From contig SMSO01000034.1 of assembly GCA_004764695.1 (NCBI GenBank), positions 2,108,001-2,172,000 of the forward strand: 64,000 bases of DNA, written 5' to 3'. The notes under the pieces are model-generated. The model did no database searches. It was not told the origin of the DNA and saw only the letters and a program-made list of their open reading frames with translations. Source of the DNA: Schizochytrium sp. TIO01. Lineage: Eukaryota; Protista; Bigyra: Labyrinthulomycetes. A program made the translations under genes and the position numbers. Below are positions 55,381 through 64,000 of the stretch, one piece after another; within the stretch, counting starts at the first letter, position 1; every line of letters begins with the position of its first letter.

Positions 55381-58300
55381 CTTTGCCAGCCTTCAATCCC
55401 TTTCAGGTTGCGGATTTGGGCTTGTCAAGTACTTTGATTTTCAACTCCTCGTTACAAGGAAGGGAGAGAACAAACTCTCCTTGATACGGCAATCCAGAGT
55501 TGGACTCCCAAACTCCCACTGCTTCTTTGTTCAGATCTTTGACAGAGATCGACCTTCCACCTGCACTTCCAAACTAACCTGAACTTAGAGCTCGCGTAAT
55601 CAATCAACCCTCAATTGTGGGAAGATAAGATGCAAAGGTCAGAACTAAGTGGTTCTTCTTCAGCTGCGCAGATTTCAACAGTTCGAGCGCCTTCACTCAA
55701 AATAGAAATAGTTGGTTTTCGGCACTTGCAGACTCACTAATTCCCACGCCTTGCAACCTCGTGAGAGTTAAGGACCTTCGGTTACCCCCTGACTTTTCTA
55801 TGAATACTCCCACGCACGCTCAGAACTCCCGCCGAGTAACGCACGGGACCTTTAAGATGTTCTTGAATTTGTTTCTACGTACTCGCTTAGAGGGTTTAGA
55901 TGGGTCGCTCTTGAAGGGACCAACAGTTGCAAAATAAATGAAATGCAATAAAATGTAGGCGAGCAGGCCCAATGCGCTGTTTTTCGAGGCCAAAGATCGA
56001 AGCTCAAGCTATCGCGTGCGTAAATCAACGTCAGCTGCAAGAGTTTACCAGAACCCGCACGGGATCGAAGGCCCTCAGAAGCGCAAAATTCTCAGGCGTT
56101 ACCGTGCCGACCGCGTGCGCTTGGAACCTTGCCTACGAAACCGTCGTTGACGGGGCTCCAGGTAGGTAGCGATCAAAGGTAGGTTCTCACGGCAGGTACT
56201 CCGGAGCCGCCTATGTCGTCTCCAGCTGTCCTCGCCGTGCAGATTTGGGCTCGAGAGATCTCCGCCTCGGGCTTGACGAAAGGCGATGTCTGCTTGAAGG
56301 AAATCGACTTCGATGAGGCCAATCTCCACGCAGAAGCCCACGGGGCAAAGGCTTAAGGCCAGGGGTTCGTGAAATCCGATTGAAAGTGGCGTCGCCGTGC
56401 GCCTTCTTACGAGTTCTCCCAAGACTTCGTGGAGCTTCGTCGCGAAGTGGCGGCGGCAAACTCGTTCATGGACTGTTTGGCGTCTTCGTCAGGGCCCCTT
56501 AGTTAACTCCAGTTCACTTCATCAATCCGCGTATAGGACTATATAACACAAACATATAAGTCCAGGGAGCCCTTGAGACAAGCCTGCTCGGCCGCAGACT
56601 TTCTCTCTCGAGGGCAGCAGGGGCGGCAGCAGGGCGCGGGGGAAGGCCACAGGGCACCCAGGGACGGGCCCGAGGGCTGCCCAGGGGCCTCGACAGGCCT
56701 TGGCGGACACATCTTGGTCGCAGAAGGCGAGGTGGTGGCGGCACGGGCCTCGTGATCCGAAAAACCTGAAGAGCGAAGAGACGGAAGAGAGGGGTGTGTG
56801 CCGGATATTCTTTATGCCTATTTATTTATCCGTCACTGCGAAGGTTAAGTCATTATATGCTATTATAATTTCAAGGATGTGGGGATATTATTACCGCAGT
56901 TCATCTGATGTGGTAGTGGATTGATATTAGGTGGGTGCGGTAGGCTCACCCCACAGTCTCTTTGACGAAAGGCGTCTTTCTCTCTCGGCAAGGGCCCGCA
57001 CGAGCATGGTATATTCTGCCGTGTGGGTCCTCGTCAAGCGGAAACGGAGGAAGGCACGCGCTATGTGGAGGGTGGGAGTAGAGCTGCGGGAGATTGGCCC
57101 ACAGCTCGCCGGCCTCCTCCCTCTTTCGGAGGGTCTTTCTTTTCCCTCTCTTTCGCGCCGTCGTTCTCTCTGCCGTTCTTTTTTCAAGCGGTGTTCCAAC
57201 CTCTCTCTCTCCTTTTGGTCGATTCTTTTTCCATTCTCTTCTCAATCCAAAGTATCATTGATTTGCGCCGAATCGGTTCCGCACTTAGCTCGAGCTTGTT
57301 TCACTTGCGTAGATTTGTTTCACTGTAGATAAAGCCGGCGCAAGTGGAGTATTGTCGCATTCTCTACTGTGTGCCGTGGCGCAAGTGGGCTAAAGGCGCG
57401 CGGGTGTAAGCGCCGTTCGCGAGGGCGAAATCCTGAAAAAGCCTGAAAAAGCCTGGAAAAGGATGCGGATTCGAGCGTCTTTTGCCTTCGAAGCCTCAAA
57501 AAAGCTTCCTTCAGACGAATCCTGCGCCTCCGAAGAAGCGGTCTCTGAGGAATCTTTGCGATGTGACTGCGAAGGCCAAAGGAAACTTCGTGCAGAAAGG
57601 AAGGAAAGGAAACCTGATGAATTATTGATTGTTTGTTTGTTTGTTTGTTTCTTTGCAAAAGTGGCAAAAACTTTTCATTTGCCAAACGAGAAAGTCACTT
57701 TTATGAAAGTTGTAATTTAAAAAAATAATTTAAAAAAACAATAAAGTAAAGTATAAATAAATAATAATTGGAAACAGAAATATTGAAAGAAGAAAAGAAA
57801 AAGGAAAAGGTAAGGAGCAACAAGCCAAACTCAGGCAAGTTCAAGAAGCCGCATAAATACACCGGCAATTCAATCGTCATCACGCCCGGGTCTCCTCCAT
57901 GAGCTTCTCGGCGGCCCCACTCTCAATCTCGGCGCCTTTTATCTCCTGGGATCCACCCTCTCCTTTATGATTCAACAAGCACCAATTGCAATGACAGGCA
58001 CGTGCGTATTTAGTTCTTTCTTTTACCTCGAGTCTGAGTAAACAAACAATATGGGAGGAATCCCTCTTCTGCTTTAGAGTAAAGAGTTTTTCCCGCCAAG
58101 CCCTTCCTGGTAGCAGTCGGCTATGCACTGCTAGCAGTTTACATGCATGTTTTTCTTTCTTTGGATAACATTAACTTTTTCATTTAAAGTAGATAAATGA
58201 AAGTTTCAAGTTATGAAATAGTGCGCATTTACAGAGTATTTATGTATATTGAAGAATGAAAGGAGAGGTCATTTAACTTGTGTATTTATAAGTATCTATC

Positions 58301-60627
58301 TATCTATCTATCTATAGAGGCGAAAGGTGTGCGCACTCTGATCAATCAATCGACAGTCCATTGCAGAGAATCAACGAAGTGCGTTGAAGTGCTTCGTTCT
58401 TCGGGCTCTCCGTGGCCGAATAAGGTCACGGCTGTCATCGGGATGGAAGATGCGTGGCAAAACAGTGCTCAGCAGAAGCTTTCTTTGGGTTTTGAGGCGC
58501 TCGCTTGAAGAGGTTGGAATCTTAGAAGCACACAATCAACTTCGTTTCGATTTCGCACAATTCTGTGGTAAGAACTCAGGCATCATCTATCAATCAATCA
58601 ATCAATCAATTTATTTATAAGCAGTATGGGAATGCAAATCAAGAGCAACAAGGCGGCACTTTTGTGATACAGAACAGAGAATAGGAAACAGAAGTTATCG
58701 CTCGCACAACTTCGAAATGGCAAAGGCAGTCCATTCACGAGGATGAATCTCCAACGCCATAATTGATAGTGCTGATTGTCAAAACAACGCCCGTGAAAAA
58801 AGGCCATGCTTTTGTTTGGCCTGACGAATGCAGAGGTTGTCTTGAGTTCTCGACGTTCGTTTTGCAATATGCAATATTCTCCGTTTCCAATTCCAGGATC
58901 TGGCGAAGTAAAAGCGCCTTCGAAGCGAATTATAAATCTTGAACTCGAAGAGCGACACCCATCGATAGTTTTGGGGTTCTATCCCATGCAAGCGAGCGAG
59001 CAAGCAAGCAAGCAAAACAAGATGTCCGAGTGAGTCCCAAGTTTTGCAGACTTGATCATGATCATCGACAAAACTGGCACATGTGGCTCTGACTGAGATC
59101 AATGTAAATAAACCGGGGAGCAGCTTTGATCGGACGGTTCATATGCTCCATTCGTCCACGCTTTTGCGATCTTGCGGGTCAACTTTGGCTTAGACTTTTG
59201 TTCCTTCGCTGCGATTTGGGAGTGATGTAAAAGGGCAAAGCTTTGCAATGCAACCTGAAATGATGTAAGTACCTCTGTGCTTTGTGTGTCGCTCTCGGCA
59301 AGCGCCCTCCTATGCAATTGACTAGAAGTCATTAGGACTACGGAAAGGCGGCCTGGAAAGAAATAAGCAGTGGGTAATAGTACTTAGTATGGAGTAGGAG
59401 GGATAGCGAGTGTTTAATTTCTTTTCAGGTTTAAGAGTCGTCTAGGAGTCGTACTAAGGTTTTAGCTGTGAGGAAAAGTTGATACATTTTAAATTTTATT
59501 TTTCAATCAATATTTTTCTTTTAGAGTTTTAAAGTTATCTAGTACTAGGAGCGGGTATTTAATTAATAATAGCGAGAAATGAGATAAATGAAAATAACAA
59601 TACACTATTCTCAGTTGGCAATGAGGGATCGAAAATAGTAATGAGGATGAGTGAGATGTTTGAATCCAACGTCGCGAATTGTGAATAATAGTTTCGTTCA
59701 AATGGGTTAGGAATAGCGAATACTGAGTTTTGAGTGTAAAAAGTCAATGTTTTTAACATTGAGTGTTTCTTATTTCTTTTAATTTAATTATTTAAAAAAA
59801 AAAAAAAAAAACTTTTTTGAAAGTATGTGACAAATAGTTGAAAGTTTAAAGAATTTGAAAGAAGAGAGAAAGAGGAAGAAAAGGAGAAAGAAAGAAATCG
59901 ATTGACAATTCAGAAAGGCGAAGGACAGCGCGACGACCTCGGCGACGGCGTAGCCTGCACCTCCGCGTACAGTGCCACGCGGGTCCGCAGCATCATCGAT
60001 CTTCAGGTGGTCTGATTGCTCATATTGCCCGCCGTCTTGGACAACACAACGCCGTAGCGCACAGGAAGCTCCCGCGAAAGCATCGGCAATCGCTACTTCG
60101 CTCGTGCCGATCCAGCTCACTTTAGCTCTCTCGCTCGCTCGGATTCTCACGACGAGACGACAGGACCGCTCACGTGGACCCGGGATCTTCAACCTTGAGA
60201 CGTAGACTCTTTTCGTGAGTCTTTGTTATCGTTGTCTTGATCGTCAAAGAGGTGAGAGCTGGTGGCGTCTGCTGCACCTGAGCCGCCGAGCTGTCCTGTT
60301 TGGGTGGGACTCAGTCCTTGAATTGGCTTTAGCTTCTTCTGATCTTGGCTCTCTCTCATCTTGCTGCAGGAGACAACCCAATTCGGAGAGGATAAAATTT
60401 GATCCTTCGTGGACTTGTGGCGTTAACCTTCTGCGGAGAGAACTCATCGTTGTTAAGTTGGCACCCTCTCAGGTCGAAGTTTATTGATTGATTGATTTTT
60501 TTCTTCTGACGCTTTCATATAAGAAAAGGAATACAAAATCAGGATAAAATTAAGGGACCAACAGCGCGAGTAACACCGTTGAAGAATTTTGCGCGGCGGC
60601 TAAAGCCCCGCGAGGTCTGCTACGGCC

Positions 60628-63600
60628 ATGGAGACCCATGACGTAAGCTTCGTGGAGCAGGGCGGACTCCAAATCAGGTTTGAGCTGCTCCACAAATGGA
60701 CCAACAAGTACCAACGCAATAACAAACGCACAGGACTCAAGAACCTTCGATGCTTTCCATACTGCTCGGAGCCCCATAAGGACAAGGGATTCTGTGGAAA
60801 TGCTGTACGGATGACTGTTCGCAGACTCGAGGACGGACCTCGAGATCCCATCTTCGCCTGGGCGGAATTCCGTCGTACCGATCTCGCTCGCGAAATTGAT
60901 GTTGGCAGCATTGTGCATGCAGATAAGATGATCGCTAACGAAAGACACAAACTTGATCCACGCCTCCCTTACTACCGCGGCGAGGTCTACGAGGGATCCT
61001 CAATTGATGTCTTAGATGCAGACGAAGAAGAGGAAGAGCAAAAGTTTGTCACCGAAAAACGTCGGCGTGCTACCTCAAAGAAGGACCTTGCAAAAGCTCT
61101 TGAAGATCGCAGCAAAGAGGTCGTTCAATTCGCCTTTAACAGGCAGCGTCGTGGATGGAACTACTCCTGGGCTGCCAATAAGCATACAGGCAACGCCACC
61201 CATGCTCTCTTCGTGTATATCATGATCCCGGCAGGTGAGGATCTTTACAGGTGTATCGCAGTGGTCGCTGGACCTGCATTCGTCGTTTTTTGCCGAAAGC
61301 GGCCATCAGATGATGATCGCGAGGTAGAGACTGGCCCTAGTACTATTCAACTCGCCAAAGACATTGGTCCTGTGAAGGAAACTCCCAATCCTGGCAAGGG
61401 TACTGGCGCTGTCAAGAGCTCACCAAAGCATCAGTCTGTACATCTCTCTTCACCAAACCATTTGGGATCCATGAATCCTCCTGCTGCACCTATCAAACAG
61501 GAGTCCGGCGTGAGATCTCCCATGTATGGTCCACCATCTATGCACCAGGGTTTTTCATCTTCGTCGCCATCTCCATCATTGTCCTCTTCTGGCCCTGGCC
61601 TTGGCCAACAATCCAAGCTGTACCCGTCCATGTCAAGCTCACAGGACTCGATGGCGTATGCTTCTTGCAGCTCCTCAACATCTCTCTCATCTGCATCGTC
61701 TACTGATGATTGGACCCCTGAGTCAGGCCCTTCTACATTTTCTTACGCTCAATCGCATCCGCGATCTGGTCACCCAAGAATGGAATCACAATCAAGGCCG
61801 CAACAATACCAAAGAATGGAAACTCACACGCGGCCGCAGCAATACCCACACCAACCGCACCCTTACTCTGCCGGTGGGCCTCAACAGTATCAGCACCAGT
61901 ATTCATCTTCTCAACATCAGCCAACCCACTCTAGTCAGGGTCACCGTTCTCAGCCCAGCGAATCAGGGTCCCTTCACAACACATCTTCTGAGCAGCTTCC
62001 CATAATGTCGCACGCCCCACTTCCTGCACACGCTAACAGGGCTCCTACAATACCGTCCCACCGTTCACAACAACCACAACATAATCCTGCTGCTCTCCCC
62101 CCCTCTTCTTCTAATCCAGGCCTTTCTTCTTACACGAAATTGGATGGGGATGAAGATCTGGCTTGTGAGTTGCTGATGACCCGCCCTGATGCGCAAGGTG
62201 AAGTTATGAGGAACGGTGGATATATAGATGGTCGCACCGGTGTTGCCTCCTACCCTTCGTCATATGAACCTGGAATGACGCACGAAAACCTTGACGAAAG
62301 TGTGCTGCAACACCATCATCAGCAACAATCTCAACTTCAACAACACCAGCCACCAATGGCCTCGCGTGCACCACCCCACAACTCTTCTTATGAATACGAC
62401 TCCCACCGCATGCACACTCCCACCGATGAATCAACAGTATCTGGAGGTGGAATGTCAGCTCATACGACCGGAGACTATTCCCATACAGATAGTGGAGACA
62501 ATGAGACAGATGAATTTCGTCGTTTCTTTATTGACGCTTTCTGGGCAGATGAAGGACCGACTATTGATGAATTCTCTAGTTCAAGAGGTGCACCGAAGCG
62601 CTCACGTAATGTACAAACACCCCCCATGGAGCCCATTCTCTCTCTGAATACATTTTCCACTAACAAGCTTGACAATGTGGACTTTGGGGCGGAGGAAGTT
62701 CCAAAGAGCTTGCCAACACCTCCTCCTCTCAAACCTATGTTGAAACGAGAAGAGGCTCATCGCGAGGATCCTCCACCGCCGAAAGAGATTAGCGCTATCT
62801 TTGGCCAACCTCTGGATACTGAAGAAGACGCCATCAATGCAAAGGTTTGGCGTCTTGTCTTGGTTCTTGCGCTTATTGAAGCTCACTGGTGCTCCATGGG
62901 AAACAACAAACGTGGCATGGTCTCGCCATCGGCCACCTCCACCGCTGGTGTTGGTGGATCTGTCCCTGAACCTATTCCAGGTCATGCTACAGACATGTTC
63001 TCACGCATTCTCCAAAATGATGCTCTGCCTAATGACCTCCCCGAATCAGTTAAGGCAAACCAAGAGCACCTCTTTGCTCTGCAACGTGAGCAGCGCCGGC
63101 TTGATGCAGAGCATCGCGCTTCTCAAGAACATGGAGGTCAATCCACCAACAGTCAAGGCCCCGTTGACAGATATCTCACGCATATGTCTGACGACAATCG
63201 CGAAGTTGTACGTCAACTTGCGACATTTTTAGTGGAAGAGCAATCTTTTACACGGGCAATCGAGAAAACTCTCAACGGGCTGCCTCCGAACTCTTCCATG
63301 AAACGGCTCAAGATGGCGTTTATCAAGGTCACGCATGAACAACTGAATTTGTTTTGTGAATCGTATGGCTTGACACTTTACCAATTCGACCGCCTCTTCG
63401 AGGACCAACCCAACTTGTCATTCCTGAAGCAGGCTGCTGTACGTCTTAAAATGCTCAATGAGACTATGGCTCAGTACAAGGATACTGGTCGTGAGACGAT
63501 TAGTAGTGCGTTTGTGCCAGACCCTTCAAACAAGAAGGGCCGATACAATATGTCTCTTCCAGCCTCGTTACGTGACCAACATGTGAACATTAGCGGCGTA

Positions 63601-64000
63601 TATGAGATGGATGATAGCCTTTCCGAAGCACACGCCTTCTTCCGTGAACTACGTGGTGTACCTTGGACGCTGCGTACTATGATTGGCTACATTGAGAAGA
63701 CCATGAACATCTCGCAGACGTGTTACGAACGCATTTATATGCAGGGCCAAAGAAAGCTTCTTTCAAACGGAGGAAACCTGTACATCACCGATGGTCGTTT
63801 ACGTAAATTTACTTTGCTCAGCCCTGTCCCCTGGAGTCGTCCTCTTGCTGAGTATTACCGCGCTTGGTTTGCGGAACCCTACTTTTACCTTGTACATTAC
63901 TATTCAGAGACAGATCGCCTTACTCGCGTTATCCATTATCAACCCTACCGGCTGCACTTCCGCATATCGGCCGAGAGGTTGGATCTTGTGACTAACGAAT
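60628..64000 (+). CDS. Large protein (at least 1124 aa, 3' end outside window): putative DNA-binding N-domain, disordered middle, FABP/calycin-like C-domain
   Basis: Absent from the ORF track, consistent with there being no stop before the window end. Manual translation from gccATGg gives METHDVSFVEQGG...KYQRNNKRTGLKNLRCFPYCSEPHKDKGFCG... and the frame was still open at 61021, at 62161 and over 63481-64000 (...RISAERLDLVTNE). Confidence 0.9.
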   Translation, partial: METHDVSFVEQGGLQIRFELLHKWTNKYQRNNKRTGLKNLRCFPYCSEPHKDKGFCGNAVRMTVRRLEDGPRDPIFAWAEFRRTDLAREIDVGSIVHADKMIANERHKLDPRLPYYRGEVYEGSSIDVLDADEEEEEQKFVTEKRRRATSKKDLAKALEDRSKEVVQFAFNRQRRGWNYSWAANKHTGNATHALFVYIMIPAGEDLYRCIAVVAGPAFVVFCRKRPSDDDREVETGPSTIQLAKDIGPVKETPNPGKGTGAVKSSPKHQSVHLSSPNHLGSMNPPAAPIKQESGVRSPMYGPPSMHQGFSSSSPSPSLSSSGPGLGQQSKLYPSMSSSQDSMAYASCSSSTSLSSASSTDDWTPESGPSTFSYAQSHPRSGHPRMESQSRPQQYQRMETHTRPQQYPHQPHPYSAGGPQQYQHQYSSSQHQPTHSSQGHRSQPSESGSLHNTSSEQLPIMSHAPLPAHANRAPTIPSHRSQQPQHNPAALPPSSSNPGLSSYTKLDGDEDLACELLMTRPDAQGEVMRNGGYIDGRTGVASYPSSYEPGMTHENLDESVLQHHHQQQSQLQQHQPPMASRAPPHNSSYEYDSHRMHTPTDESTVSGGGMSAHTTGDYSHTDSGDNETDEFRRFFIDAFWADEGPTIDEFSSSRGAPKRSRNVQTPPMEPILSLNTFSTNKLDNVDFGAEEVPKSLPTPPPLKPMLKREEAHREDPPPPKEISAIFGQPLDTEEDAINAKVWRLVLVLALIEAHWCSMGNNKRGMVSPSATSTAGVGGSVPEPIPGHATDMFSRILQNDALPNDLPESVKANQEHLFALQREQRRLDAEHRASQEHGGQSTNSQGPVDRYLTHMSDDNREVVRQLATFLVEEQSFTRAIEKTLNGLPPNSSMKRLKMAFIKVTHEQLNLFCESYGLTLYQFDRLFEDQPNLSFLKQAAVRLKMLNETMAQYKDTGRETISSAFVPDPSNKKGRYNMSLPASLRDQHVNISGVYEMDDSLSEAHAFFRELRGVPWTLRTMIGYIEKTMNISQTCYERIYMQGQRKLLSNGGNLYITDGRLRKFTLLSPVPWSRPLAEYYRAWFAEPYFYLVHYYSETDRLTRVIHYQPYRLHFRISAERLDLVTNE

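Noticed and set aside
61016-63991. Many short ORFs listed in the last 3 kb
   Set aside because: Off-frame or antisense fragments of the single long ORF starting at 60628.

Overview
Eukaryotic nuclear DNA that is intron-poor and carries (GAAA)n, (AAT)n and (GATT)n microsatellites plus an internal (TTAGG)n tract. This fits a thraustochytrid/labyrinthulomycete stramenopile (Aurantiochytrium-like); the taxon is inferred, not proven. About 17 protein genes are supported. They include housekeeping genes (CCT1/TCP1, poly(A)-binding protein, NOP58, a two-exon mitochondrial uL23, a Yip1-family protein), two RCC1-repeat proteins (one with a degenerate FYVE finger, one ending in CaaX), a bHLH-like factor and several uncharacterised proteins. 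Highlights not shown correctly by the ORF track: (1) an MsrB whose apparent TGA stop lies at the catalytic position, so it is a probable selenoprotein; (2) an unlisted ORF of at least 1124 aa (60628 to window end) that joins a putative Cys/His DNA-binding domain to a C-terminal FABP/calycin-like domain, a candidate lipid-sensing transcription factor. Other notable genes: (3) a predicted type II membrane protein with two tubulin-tyrosine-ligase-like domains on the lumenal side, one intact and one degenerate; (4) a tandem pair of secreted, probably GPI-anchored 2OG-Fe(II) oxygenase-like genes homogenised only over the catalytic region; (5) a Cys-to-Ser RNA-triphosphatase-like pseudoenzyme with a WW domain; (6) a gene split by a +1 frame change at GGG-TGA. 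No rRNA, tRNA, CRISPR array or intact transposon was recognised.
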